Origin: Catajapyx aquilonaris
Lineage: Eukaryota
NCBI GenBank assembly: GCA_000934665.2
Contig: JYFJ02004163.1
Coordinates: 1 to 34,184 of the forward strand
Direction of reading: 5' to 3'
DNA: 34,184 bases
In this document: piece by piece, positions 12,207 to 25,875 of the stretch
How positions within the stretch are numbered: the first letter of the stretch is position 1
Layout of the letters: every line of letters begins with the position of its first letter
Translations under genes and position numbers: made by a program
The notes under the pieces: generated by a model
What the model saw: the letters and a program-made list of their open reading frames with translations, nothing else
Databases searched by the model: none
What the model was told of the DNA's origin: nothing

Positions 12207-15200
12207 TTAACTGACGGTCTGACTGACGCAAGTTAGTTGCGTGCATCTCCAAACACTAGCAGAAAGCGGTGAAACTCCATCTCAACCCTCCCCATTCGGT
12301 TTCAAGTAATTGATATCAACTTCCAGGTTTGATTTACCTCCTCTCTCGTAAACAAGCCCAACCAACTCGACTAACTTGAAATGCCATCGCTGTAGCAGGC
12401 GACCATGTTGTGCTTCTCACACAGCAGGGCCACCAATTTGTTCCCCTGATTGAACCAGCCAAATACGGCTTCCACAATTCTGCTTGGTCTCCCTAATAAG
12501 GCCGGCTAGCTAGCTATCGGCTCCCTTTTCCCAAGTAATTACAGTTGGGCCGAGTTCATACTTCCAGGATTCCTGTCCATTCTTGGCCACAAATGGCCAG
12601 AAACATGCCAAATTTGCGCCCCCCCCGTAACTGGCCAGAAACATCAATGGAATATATTACGACGGATCAGTGAGCAGGGAGAGTATGAATTTCTAACAGA
12701 CTTGTATTCTTAATGCATCGACTATCATAACAGACCGCCGGATAATCATGGAGTCGTTGCAGTGGATATGCTGAATAACACTGTATACGCACTGCAGTGC
12801 GAAGAATCGATGCGTAAGCTACCTACCTGTACGGAACGGCATGAATTACTCACCAAGGCTCAGGTTGGTTTGTGGAACAGCCGAGTCGCAGTTATCGCGC
12901 TTTAGCCCGCCAGAAAGGCATCAATAACACAAATAGTTACATAAGCACTCGCGGCCCGTTCAACCAAATCCGGAGCCGTTGACGTCGGACACCGTCCTAA
13001 CAATGACCTCCGTCTGTAGTTTTGTCACGAGTTTTCGCAATCGGTTCAGAGGAACTGATGTATAAAATGAGAGGAAGTTTGCTTCTTCACGCTCAGGAAG
13101 AGGAAACCTCTATATGGTGTGACGTCAATTCCAGTCCACATCTACAATTCCCATCAGTTGAGGTCCCACTGGAAATATCCACAACGACATATAGGCCCGC
13201 CATCAAATTTTATCAACCGCGGGCTAATGAATGCGTCGTATTCGCATCAAACAGATGGACAAGAGCTGAAAAGAGTGCCAATACTGGCCTCCATTTCCAC
13301 AATTATTGCGACGAAATAAGGTGGGCTTACTACAGTATCCCTTTGTGAGTATGAATATACGTTTGACGTTATATCAGCAACTGATCTGGCTGCGACCATA
13401 TGTTGCCTTCACTTGAGAAGCTGGGCGCAAAAAATGATATATTTGCTATTGCATCAAAGAGGAACTGTAGTTGGTCAAAAAAAAACCAACTGCGACATTA
13501 AAAGGAAAGCCAACCCATGACAACATGGATCATTTCGCGTGTGATAAGAGCGCCCACAATAAAGCAATCGCAGTGCATGCTAACAGGATCCAACCAAAAC
13601 TCGTGCATTTCGTCTTGCAATTAAGTGATCACTACCCACAGGGATATTCATTTTCAAAACTATTGTCGAGCAGCACAAACGGTTCGGCTTTTGTCTCCTT
13701 CCTTGGCAAATTCCAGCTGGTGACTCAATATTACAATGTCACGCCCAGTTTCTTCGCCTTCCACTTTGACAAAGAGATCCGTCATGCGGCCCACGGCATT
13801 CATCTCGTTCCTTTTCCACACATAGTCCCCTAAGCAAAGTTGGGCCGCAACACTTTCTTACACGCAGGCGGCAATCAATAACCTGCAAGGCCTGCCAACA
13901 ATTAATATTTCATTCCGTTCGCATAGCCAGCCAACAAGTCAGACAGCTGGTTAATATACACATCAAAAGTGAGGCACCCCACATATCAATCGCCAATGCT
14001 TTTAGATGCATATGCGAGCACCACACATCGGCCCCGAAGATCAATGCCAATCAAGAGGTGAGTCCTTGGCGAGTAGTTGGGTCGACAGCAATTCACCCTA
14101 TTAGCATATCGCGCGTTTATTTCACGCCCACAGTTTGGGGGGGAGGTGGGGGAGGAAGCAAACTAGTTTCTCCTTGACACTATCATATATTGTGGAACAG
14201 GAAGCGTCAACTTTATGCGGCTAGGCAATTATTGACATTAAGAGACCAGGGGACAACAATGCTCATTTCCGACGCATTCCGTTCCGCTTACAACAACCCG
14301 GCAACGTTGCTCCCTAATACGTCACTAAACACAGCGCTTGTAATTAGTTTCTCTCCGCTTCGCAAACCTGGAAGGATCCTGCAATGCATGCAAAAACGCG
14401 ACCTAGTATTCACATGGCTGACTGCAGCTTTTACGTTTCATTTTTTTTTCTCTACTTCCTCTTTTCTGCATTGCATATTAATATCACAAAACCTTATGGA
14501 ACTTGACATATATGCGACAGGCCCAAAGAACTCGCACCTTTTTTTTTTGAGCGTGCTAAGTAATCGAAATAATTACAGTGTTGAAGCAAACAGTGTGATC
14601 AACCATATTTCCAAGCTGAAAAATCAAGGCTGAATGTGAAAGTCACATTTGACAGCGCACTTTCATTTTCACCCACAATTTTTAGCCGCACTCGGAAAAT
14701 GTCGCAAAAAAATGGCAGTCGCAACTTCATCAGTGGGATTTAAATGAAGGCAGGAGACAAAAAGAGACCGTCATTATTATTCCAGTGGTTTAGTTTAATT
14801 AAATGCGGCGGAAAAAGTTCCAAATTTTTGAAAAAATAGTTTGTATATTAAACCTGAACACCCAAGCCCGTGTAATTACTCGTAACACCCTATCACTATC
14901 CCGCTTTATTCGCATACAACAGTGAAGCTAAATCTGGTGCACACAAGTCATAAATAGCCGACCTTGCAACATGTTGTAATAACTCCCGTCAATACTAATA
15001 TCCCGCGATTTTAGAGCGAGAGAGAGTTGAGTTGTGTCAACACCATCACACAATCGGACCCGACTTGGTAAATCACTCGCTTTGTCAAGACAGGTAGTAC
15101 TATAGTATCACGTTTTAGCTGTCACTCATCCAGTATTGACAAGTGTTCCCGCCAATATCAGCGGAAAGGGTCTGCGACACAATGCACCGCCACGATAAGA

Positions 15201-16233
15201 GTGTCACGCTCGCTGTATAAGAGCCTTCCATTTTACACCATGGCTTAACCAGGTAAGTCACATGGAATGACCGTCACAATACCCATTCCCACTCCATAGA
15301 TTATGAAACGGCATATAATTATGATGGGAACTACGAAGAGTAATCAGTTAGGCAGGGAATAAATTACATTTTAAATATTCCCTTCGTGCAATGTCAACAC
15401 ATTACGGCATTTCATATTCCAAATCATGTCTCGACAAGCGCAATAGAATAATGGAACGAAAATGCACTTAACTTCGGTTTGAGTACATAGGACAAAGTTT
15501 CGGAAGTCATAGGCCGAGGAGGAGTGTGGTGGTTGATGGAGGTGGTCTTGCTGAGTGGAAAGACAGTTTCGTGCCTCAAGGCTTTCATCAGCTGGTTACG
15601 GTTCCACGCTGCGATTTCATAGGGTCATTCAGGCGACCGGGTCAAGACACCCTACCTTAAGTCTTGACCGACGGAGAGCCTATTGTACTGCTAAGAACAT
15701 ACAGTGTGTGTCAGAACTGAGTTCACATCCGTATTTATATGTGAAATTTTTGCTCGGTCTCCTGGGTATACCAGGTCAGAAGTGCGAGTGTATGGGCCTG
15801 CCACAATACTGGAAATTGTGTCAGTGCACATTTGCTGTGAATTGTTATCAACCGGAAGGTGGGTTACTACTGATAACACAGGAGTCTAGGACATCGGTGT
15901 GCACGGCTTTGATGTTTGAAATGGGAATATTGATTCTTAGAATTTTCCAGCTCAAAACAGATGTGGAGGCGGTTTCTTTTCTATTGCGCCAGGGTATTTT
16001 GATCAAAGCATATCTTTTCGTGAAATTTTAGCTTAGGCCTTAGGATCTTTCATGTAAGTTTCATATTCAGCGTATTGATGGAAACGAAGCAAATAGAGCC
16101 ATTCAGAGTAAGATTAGTCGCAATGACGCTCCAAGGTCTACTTTTTCCCCCCTTCTCGGCGAATAGTCCAGTATTTGCCAATCTTATGGAGACGATATAG
16201 TAGGCTATACACTGCATGTGACCATTAAACACC

Positions 16234-16325
16234 ACCTTAAATTCCACGTAAAAAAGAGGAAAAAAATCAATTTTCCACCGAAGTGGAAATTTGACTTTTC
16301 TTCACTTTTTAAGTGGAAATTAGGT
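16234..16325. repeat. Imperfect hairpin (about 44-bp arms, 4-nt loop), likely a MITE remnant
   Basis: ACCTTAAATTCCACGTAAAAAAGAGGAAAAAAATCAATTTTCCAC-CGAA-GTGGAAATTTGACTTTTCTTCACTTTTTAAGTGGAAATTAGGT. More AAGTGGAAA/TTTCCACT motifs follow. Confidence 0.7.
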
Positions 16326-16926
16326 CGGGTTTAAGTGGAAAGAGCGTCTTTTTCCACTGAATGGGAATTGAACGGGAGTGTAGAGATTAGGATTGATCAA
16401 GTTCGGCAATTTCTTGATCATTTCCGAGTTTATATAAAGCGCCTTCCTGGTCACGCCATAACGATTCCAAAAGTTAGTTTGACGCTATTGGATTGCAGTA
16501 CAACTAGATTGCTGGTGAGCAATCGCGAGGTTTTGCAGGTTCCTTTACACGTCGTTCTCGAAAAGCAGTGACATTTTGCACCAGAACGAGGATTCGGGTT
16601 TCGCCATTTCGGCTAAGCAGTTCGAAGCCAAATGGCGACCTTTTCAGTGTAACCGCAAATGGCTTGCCCCTTTACTTGCGGCTCAACAAGTTCAAGGTCC
16701 TTACCACCGACTTGCGATAAAAACCATGCCTCGCTCGTTATCTCACTAGGTAGGGCTTATAGGCCAGGAAAAGCCTCTATACAGAACGGTCCAGAACCTT
16801 CATCCATATACAACGGGATTGCCTGGAGCGTTGCTCAAAGTCACGTACAATTTAGATAAACACTAAGATCACGTACAAATCTGTCAATTGCCTGGAACTA
16901 CAGAGTCGAAAAAATTACATGTGCCG

Positions 16927-16979
<53 letters not shown>
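16927..16979. repeat. (AAT)n microsatellite
   Basis: Directly visible perfect tract. Confidence 0.97.
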
Positions 16980-16980
<1 letters not shown>

Positions 16981-17340
16981 GTTGCTCCTTAAGGAAATCG
17001 TCTCTTGATGGGTGACAATATGAAAAGGTCGGCGAAGATGGTCGCTACATTCGATCCATACTTTCTGAAGGGTCTGGGGAGGAATGATAGTTTGCTCCTC
17101 GATTGTCGACTTCCTACTTGAAGAACAATGACAGTCATATCAAGAGAAAGCTCGTCTTTTCAACTATAAAGTGGATGCTATGCCAGACTCAAGTGTTTCT
17201 CCGGAGATTTGATGTAGGCCTATTATTCGCCGCCTTGCACCGTGCAGTTCCATGTATGAACATCCAATCTCAGCAGAGCATCTTCCCTTGTAAGCAGCTA
17301 CAGATCCGTAGAATAAGAGCAGCAATAATACACCGGGTTT
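16980..17340 (-). mobile_element. Possible 3' end of a decayed RTE-like non-LTR retrotransposon with an (ATT)n tail
   Basis: Minus-strand remnants VLLLLLFYGSV (about V...LLYGSE) and LRLDVHTWNC (about rLd.F...C) run into the adjacent trinucleotide tract. Confidence 0.3.
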
Positions 17341-18971
17341 TGCCTACGATGTAACCATATAGATGCGTCAAATATGAATTTTGCAAAAGCATACTGTATA
17401 CACATCTTATTGAGGTTAGAACAACACAGAGAAGGCTACACAAATTCTACGCCTCAAAGCCCAGTTTATATAGTGTCAGACTGCAGTCTCTCAGAAATAT
17501 GCCCGTTTTATCCTGCCAGGCAGTATTGCCTCTCGGCTCCTTGACATGATTACTCTAATTCAAACGCAATTATGGCATAAGAAGCGATAAAAAACGAGCT
17601 TTCCGGTATTGACTTATTACCCTAGAGCCAATCTCGGAATATAAAGGTATACTCAAAGGGCCCAATAGGAAGGCTATATAGTTGAGGGGGGAAAAAAAGT
17701 CATTCCTCCACAACAGCCTCTACAAAGTAAGAATAGATCGATAAGGAACCACGCCGGGGAAACTTGTAGAAACCACCTATTGCGACTCACGGATTAAATT
17801 GCGCAATTGCATCTGTCACATCCTCGATCTTATAAGGCCAAATAAAAACTGGCTCACGGAGCTCACTCCTGCATGATTGCGATTCAAATCAGCAGGACAA
17901 CAGATGTAGCATCAATAGACAATTTGCAATTAAATGTCCAGATTGCAGTTGTCGGCTTGGAATTTTGAGATTTAGCAGGATTTCTCGGATAACTCCGAAT
18001 TCCGAATGATTGGTCCACGTTTTCTCTCTGAAAATGTCTGTAGTGGCGGAATCAATCAAGGGAGCTCCTTCTGCATTAACAAGTATAAAAAGTTTTGGGG
18101 GAGAAGGATCCCCCAATTGACTCTACCCCCTGGCACAAAAAATCATTAGGTTAGGGGAAGCAGAGTTGGGAAGAGGAGGGTCGGCGAGGATCAAGGGTTT
18201 CGCTCAAATCTTGCATAAGGTCAAAGGGGTCCGCCATTACAAAAAGATTGAAATCCCGTGTTACAGGGGAATGAAAGTGAAGTGTTAATAGGGCTAAAGT
18301 GGGGATCGGGATTGTGTTACCACCCTACCAACTATATGGCCCCGGCTTAATCAATATATTTTGCCCGAATAATCATAGTCCCCACCTTTCGTCACCATCC
18401 CTAAGTGCAGATCTAAGCCGCGCGCTAAGTGACTGCTCTAGTTGAAAGGCACTCCTAAAATGACACCATCAGCTACATGTTTTAATAATTACCAACCACT
18501 ATGTCAGTCCTGCTAATCCCAGGCCGTAAACACCTCCGAGCCGACGCCATAAAATTGGCCGTGCACAAATTTTTTCTCTCTCTAAACGTTCATTAATTAA
18601 ATCGAACGCAATCGCTATGAAAGCTGTTTAATTAACACGAGTGCTTTATTCAGGCTGCAAACCGAAGTGGAAGAGAGTAAAAGAAAAACAAGGCCACACG
18701 CCAATAAACAGGTTGCGACGACCTTGCCGCTTTACGTAAGCCCCAAGCCCTCCCCGATTCCCGCCTTCCCCCACAGGCCGTTTTATTCATACCGCATGCT
18801 GCCAACTCCCATACGTATCCAAGCACGCTTCTTCCATCTCGTAACAAGTCGGAGATAAAAGTCTTCCTTGTTTGTGGGTCAAGTTCAACGTAGTACAATT
18901 CACACGCCGCAATATTATGTCGCCTCCTCATGTTTACCTCATCACGTACGATGATGCCCATCAATTTTCGC

Positions 18972-19030
<59 letters not shown>
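18972..19030. repeat. (AAT)n microsatellite
   Basis: Directly visible perfect tract. Confidence 0.97.
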
Positions 19031-20629
19031 GCCGGAATTTCAACTTGTCGATGGCGCCAATAAGTGGCCGAATAATTGGGTGATCTTGACCGTCAACACG
19101 TGAGGTGGAGGGCGACTACCGATATAGGATTAGGCCTGACCTAATGGCATGCATCGTTTGCTAAATGCCGGGCAAACAATGTAACAAATGTTGAGTGTTG
19201 ACTACCTATCGAAACAAACCGCCTGCCACACTGCTGCATTGTACTGTGGGTGTAGGAAATTAACGAGGACGTAGCACATAATTGAATGTGGCTCTAATGA
19301 GTCGGTTGGTGGTTGCTTACATCAGATATTACGAAACTAACGTAACACGTCGCGTCTCTCTCGCGTCATTAAGGTTTAAGAGCCAACGAGCTCAATTATA
19401 CATACAGGTGGCCAAAAATAGGCCTTACTTGTTAGAAAATCAGAATTTGCACGCAGCATACTCCGAGGTTTATGGCTGGAACCGACCCGTAAACCTCTGC
19501 AGTAACTTGTCAGCATCATAAACACTGCCCGAATTCAACTGGATACACAGTGTATGAATCCATGTCCTTGCAACACCCATTTAACATGATATACATGTGT
19601 ATAATACGCATTATGCCAAATTTTTCCATATTTCCCGGATAGACCAGGTACAGTACTTCCAACGATAATTTAATCGCTTTTTTTTACTAATAGTTCTGAG
19701 GATATGTTGTGCTCCTATAGGTATTATTTTGAATCGTGGCTGTCTAAATTATCGAGCCGATAGAAGCAATGATAAATGTTCCTCTGGTGGTCCTCGATCA
19801 ACCCACGCACTCGACATCCAGCCTGATTTGTCGGTACTGTACAGCGGTGGTCCGAGTCAGTTGCAAGGAGTGGGTGTCGAAGAAGAAATGGCTACCCGTT
19901 CTCTTTCCTTCGCGCAGACTCCGATAACTGCATCAGGAAAGCAAAACGATAGATAAGACGAAGAAAAAAAAAAACGTGAGTAGGCTATTACGATGCCTAT
20001 CACTCCCTCATTTTCCCATTTGCCCTAGTTACACGAGTGTAATAACAGTGATCACTCCTCCGCACCGTTCTAAAGTCAACATCATGCAATAGCTTCTTTC
20101 ACATCAGCAAATAAAAATGCCAGTTGCCGACAAATGTGTTTGAGAAAGTACCATTTGATACACACTGTACGGCGCGAAAAAGGACCGCCCGAGGCAATAA
20201 TATCTGTAAGTAAACAACATTATCTCCGAACGTGTGTTGCGCTTGGCGGCGTCCAAGTGTTATTTTGCAATGCGAGTGAGAGGCTTCCTTGCATCTCAAA
20301 TATCCGAACCCCTCGTTTGTCTCCGGAATGAACTGGCGAGTAGAACGCTAAGTCGACTGTTGTGACACTCATCCTGGGTGCGGTTCCCAAGAATCGATCG
20401 AGTACGGTCAAAACAATCCGCAGCCCGAGGAACGTCGACCTGTTCAAGACGTACGACACTCTTTAAACGTGTCAAGTCACACCACGACACTATGCCGTTC
20501 CAATTGTCCTACCCTCATTTCCTGCATTCGCGGCCCAATTTTCTCCTTGTGCAAATCAAATTGCCGGGTAGGTCCCAATACGTGCAGCTGAAGAGTACTC
20601 ATTCTAAACTCTCTTTATACCAAGTATGC

Positions 20630-20839
20630 ACCCGTATCCGCGGTTTTGAAATATTAAATAAAAGTGCTACATTTAACAAATCAAACGTGTATTTTCATTA
20701 CACTACAGTGTACTATAGCATTATAACAACTACAGTATTATGTTTATTGTTAATTGCTTTTATTGATGTCTGAATGTGTAAAATGTACGAGGGTTCGGTA
20801 TTACGCACGATTTCACGTATCCGCGGGGGGAATTCTGTA
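20630..20839. mobile_element. Degenerate Tigger-like MITE
   Basis: Recurrent CGTATCCGCGG motif. The GGGTTCGGTATTACGCACGATTTCACGTATCCGCGGGGGG...CTGTA end resembles Tigger-derived MITE termini. The left TIR is unclear. Confidence 0.4.
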
Positions 20840-21549
20840 AATATCCACTAGTCCCAACTCTTTGCATTACGTCCACATTCAAAACCAGACAAGCTATACA
20901 GTACAGTATATATTGTACCGTTTGCTAAGTAGGCGAGACGTTCCAATTAGCTTTAATTAATCACCATGTTCATTGTCATGATTTGATCAAATGCAAGCTA
21001 CGAACTGGCACTGACAAATCAAATAATTGCTATGTCAAAAAGGACTCTTCTGAAATGCATTGCTTTCATCACTAATTAATAACTGCTCCTGTCGTCAATT
21101 ACCGAAAATGCTTTCATCCATTGCATCACGGTTGTGATAGAACATAAATGAGAATTACTTTATTCTTTCAATAAAAAGGCTAGTCGCAACAAAAAATTTC
21201 TTTCATTCGTTCTACAACCCGGACCAATATTAAAACTTGATATACTGTACTTTTTAGCCGCCCTTTTTCATTTCATTGTTTATCAAACTGTACAATCTGT
21301 CTCATTACATGTAGCCCACCACGGTCATCAAGCAAACATGCTACTTCACAGCTTCCATCCACCACGCCTTCACCCTCGACACTTCCACTTGACCTCGCTG
21401 TCACCTGCTTCCCTCCCTCCCTTCAAGGCATAAGTTGACTCAGCCAAGACCGATCTCCAATGACGCAGGACATGCTATTGAGGAACTCAGATTCGTTAGC
21501 CGGGAAGTAACTTATCCTCGTGACAACCTAATAGTTGTTATTTACGCCA

Positions 21550-22340
21550 TATATCTGGCGGAGTGCGATGTCCATAAATTGCGGGTCGTTAAATAGATAT
21601 GGTATACGGATATTGGCTACATTCGCCCTCAATTTCCGCACGTTAGCTACGCACAAGGAGGAAATTAGGGGTCTAGTTCCACTAATGATGCCACTTGACA
21701 CCTTCTCGGTAGTTTGCCTAATCGTCACTTATAACTTTTAAGGGTCCAAAAAGATTGGCAAGCAACCATCATATATGGTACGCAATTTGCACCTGTTAAA
21801 TTTTTCCACAGTCTACTGAACCGACAAATTGCTGTTAGATATTTTCAGTTCATGGAAGTCTACATCCCATTAGGCGACAGCACCTGGTTGGAAGATCCTC
21901 CAATAATAATGCGCAGGCTGTTCAAGAAATCAGTCGGCCCAAATGCGGCGTCAACAATTCCTTCGGGTGATAAGCATCCATTTAATGTGATGATGACATA
22001 TCATCATCCACCTTCTATGATGCCAGTAGGTAATTTGCTTCATCGAGCCAATTAAAGTACGGTAAGGTAGTCGATTATGGGCTAGGTAGGTTTCAGCCGA
22101 GCCAAACTCTGTGACACTCGGGCTCCTTGATGTTTCCAATAATCGATTGCGATGGATGTGTTTTCCGAAACTCTAAACCCAAATGTGCATTTTCCTACAG
22201 GGTACAGGTCAGGTTTGGCGGGAAAACTTACACCTTTACAATGGCCTATTCTCACGAAAGGCTCAATAGGCCTGGTTGCAAATAAAGCTTTGCATCCACA
22301 TTTATTATAAATGATTAGCACTCCAAGTAGCAATAAAACA
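21550..22340 (-). pseudogene. Decayed IS630/Tc1-superfamily DDE transposase
   Basis: Ordered remnants across frames: FGFR, TYLAHNR, WLDEANY (about YLDETW), PTGIIEGG**YVII..GIVDAA (about P.GKG.RLII..GFV..A), DFH/MN (about DYH.EMN), KNL..CVPYMM (about NL...VIVMDNA) and KLP. Many stops. Confidence 0.4.
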
Positions 22341-24657
22341 AGCCATAACTTTCAAACGAGTCGTTTCTTCATTCATTTATATGGTTAAGCTTAGAAAGGT
22401 AAGTAGAAAATCATAAATAAAAATAACCTAACGAGGTTTGCCAGGAACTGGAAGCACACACTTATATTACAACAATGTAACGTTTTCTTCTCCCGCTCCG
22501 TGGAAACAGCGTTTTCTAGCACAAGGCCGGTAAATATGCCACCTTATTTATGTATATTTTCTCCCCTCGCTGGTATACATCGTTTATAATGTTACATGCA
22601 AATATTCCAGGTTATGCGGCATTGTTGGCGCGAACGGGGGACGAGTTTTCTTCCGGAGAATGTCGCAGTTCGACTTTCCTCAGTTGGCGAAAGTTCGTTC
22701 CTGTGTGAGGGTGGATGTCTTCACAAGCTGTACGAGAATTCCAAGAGATTGGAAACGTATCCAACGTAGGGTAAAATAAATATTACATTAAAATAATTGA
22801 GGAGTAAAACTTTACGATAAATTAATCTACTTTACATACCTGCTATTAAAATCGATTCTGGAGAAGATTTTTGGTACGAGATACACGGACGAACATGAAA
22901 AAACGATCAGATGTGAAAGGTACACATACGTACAAGACTTACCGCAGAAAAAAGTGCAAGGTTGCCCGGATTTAGGTATTACATCGCCCAAAAACATGGG
23001 GAGACGATTTTGCATTTGGTTTCAATGCAAAATCGTATCCCATCTTTTTGAGACGATATAGTACCGGTTAAGAGATTCGTATCCAGGCGAACAGCAACGA
23101 GATGTGTTGAGAAAGTCCGTGGGGCGGAAAAGCGTGGCGGGGAAAAGAGATCAAAAGGAACATTAAGGGAGGAAACTGGGGACAACCGCCTCGGGTTCCC
23201 TCAAAAGATCCCGTGATTTCGAAATTTAAAATCCCACTTTCTTCTCTTTTTGAGCGCATATCAGCTCAAACAGCTGTCATCGCCATACTGAATTTAAGAA
23301 TTTAAATTCCGCACTAAATTTAAGAATTTATTTAAGCGACATACGGTTCTCCCATTTTCTCTTGGTAAGAGGTCTATAGAGGGGCGCCTACCAACTTGGA
23401 AATAACGTAACATGATAGTCTCATCGTCAAGCCCACCATCACCCTTCCTAGCTCTCACCACCTTTACTTCCACTCGAGATCTTCCCAATGTCGCGTCAAA
23501 TCTCGATCGCAGCCTGTAACATGACACAAAAGTTTCTATATAGTTTTAGAGGAGTATTGGTGTTTCCCCCCCGTTTTTTTTTTTGTAAGAATGCTTGAAG
23601 CGTGGTATATCCATGTCGTACTGCAATATAAGGTGCCAGTTCAATATGGGAATGAGAATTGGGGTTCGCTTTTCAATTAGCTATCCTGCATTGATCCTGG
23701 CCAATCATTAGCCAATCTCTAAATGCAAGTGACAAGACGTTATCAATTCTTGGACCCTGTTCCACGGGAGAGAATAGCACAAACAGCATCAGACAATGCC
23801 ACGTTTATTTCTGTCCTCCCTTGTTCCCCAGCAACTGGAGTGCTATAAATTTTCCATTAATATCCCCTTTTTACCCGCACCACCAAAAAAATATTCCTGC
23901 AAACGTGCTTAGTTGCTCCCCTATACACACCTCCAACGACCTTCGGGCCTCCACCCCACCTCGCCATGAGAATTACGATACTTCATTGCGTTCACTCAAT
24001 TACTCTAACGAGTCTTACTTGCACAAATTAGTGCTTGGCTCCTCTATAACCGGCCTTTCCTCCCCAGCCATGTGTGCTTAGCAAATGGGCACAATTTCAA
24101 GCCCTATTACACGGACTGCATGTGATCGACACGGGGCCTAGATGACCGCCCAACAAAATCTATGAGTCTATGCGATTCTTATGCAAAACCGAAGTCGTCC
24201 TTGGGCCAAACTCGTGCAAAAGGCCCGAATGTGATAATTATAATGGGACCCCCCCCCCCCTCCCCAAATAGCACACTGATCAGCTACGGTGTTTTCTATG
24301 GATGAATCAGCGGTGCTTTCAATTAATCGTTTCTTCATAGGTCTAAAAGGATAGAAAGCCCTGCGTACAAAAGTCTTCCAGCAATAATATTAGACGCAGC
24401 CGTGGAGCTCGAACGTAACGAGTTTCGTCCCAGAAATAGTCGCATGTAAATAAGCAGGCGTTCATTTTGAGGAAAACTGGTGCATTGTCTTTTTATAGAT
24501 ATGAACTGACCTCCACCAACAATATTGCAGTCGCGGTGATGACTGCATTGGCTGATCATGAAATCTTCGGGTAACGGAATCATGTCAACAGGTTTCATTA
24601 CGGGCTACTTTGAATCAAAACCGGAACAGCCAGTTTAAATAGTGCCGAACGTCTTGC

Positions 24658-24677
24658 ATTATTATTAATTATTATTA

Positions 24678-24711
<34 letters not shown>

Positions 24712-24718
24712 TATTATT
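24658..24718. repeat. Imperfect (ATT)n microsatellite
   Basis: Directly visible. Confidence 0.95.
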
Positions 24719-25757
24719 CTCACCTTTCACCTGTAAAAAAAGGAGTTTACACGATAAAGCTGGTTGGTAAAACCACATACCAGAAGTTCAGCGGTTTTAT
24801 TAAACATCCATTTCATATCCTTCGGTTTTACACAACCTATTTTATCGAGTAGGCGCCGGGCGTTGCACCGTAGATTAACTACAGAGAATTTTACTGATAT
24901 CAATTGTTGCCGTCAATTATTGTGTATTATTAATACAATACTAACAGGAATAAATCAGACACCATAAACTGAAAGGGTGATAGTCGCCGCCTCTAACAAT
25001 AATTATAATCAAAATTCACTGGTACTCGGGTGATAATACCAACTGCACGGTTGACCTAAACATCGGGTACTTGACGGAGAATGAGAAACCAGCACTTGAG
25101 TCTAGATCAAATTTTATTCCCGTTGGAGAGCCCGACATTCGACTATAGGGCGGTTCAGATGAATGCAAAGCCCTTCTTATATCACGCAATCCAGTTGAAA
25201 GGGGGGCAATTAGCGGTAAATCTGAGAATAACTCTCCCTCTGCTCCCGTGACCACTTCTTTGAAATAGAGCTCATCATATGTCACTTCCATCAACACGAC
25301 CGCCGCAGCGCATATAGGCCCATACACTCGATTAGGTACGAGTCATGTTGATTTATATGCTATTTTTTCTTCTTCTGCATTAGGCTACGTTTCGTGTATT
25401 GCGATCTGCATGTAAACTGGCATTTTTAAAAAAAATCCAGAATTTGTCAACATAATTGCCAAAGTGATGCATTTTGCGCATGTAGTAAATGTAGCAATTT
25501 CAAAAATGTATATTGTAGTAAAATTCTACCCGTACGTATATTACACATTGTGCAGCAGTTAACTTCGGTTAAATCAAGGAAAATGAGCTAATTAGCTCTC
25601 CCAGAAACTCCCTTGACAAATTATCGGGCACCTGCACCGCTCTACAAAGGGTTCCCGATAATTTCTAAAAGAAAATAGTTGTAGACCTTCCCGGTTCCCA
25701 ACCAGAATAGTGTTCTCCTATCCCTCACTTGTCCAGAAACCCATGAATTATAACCGC

Positions 25758-25875
25758 CAGTTCGATTCACACTGGGCATGGTTGTGGTCGAAATCCACCA
25801 ATCAGCGTGGGCACGCAAGAACGACAGCTGATTGGCGGATCCAAACCACAACGACACCCGTGTGAACCCCAGCTT
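25758..25875. mobile_element. Palindromic Harbinger-like MITE (degenerate)
   Basis: TTCACACTGGG..GTTGTGGT..ATCCACCAATCAGC is mirrored by GCTGATTGGCGGAT..ACCACAAC..CCCGTGTGAA. The right end is GTGTGAACCCCAGC|TTTA. Confidence 0.55.

Noticed and set aside
15555..16031. 158-aa plus-strand ORF; minus strand has weak RTE-like words (IKIPWR..VL, GIPRRP)
   Set aside because: No recognisable protein on plus, and the minus-strand similarity is too weak.
25016..25327. 103-aa minus ORF; plus strand LTENEKPALESRSNFIP recalls a Penelope N-terminus
   Set aside because: Only one short motif, which is insufficient.
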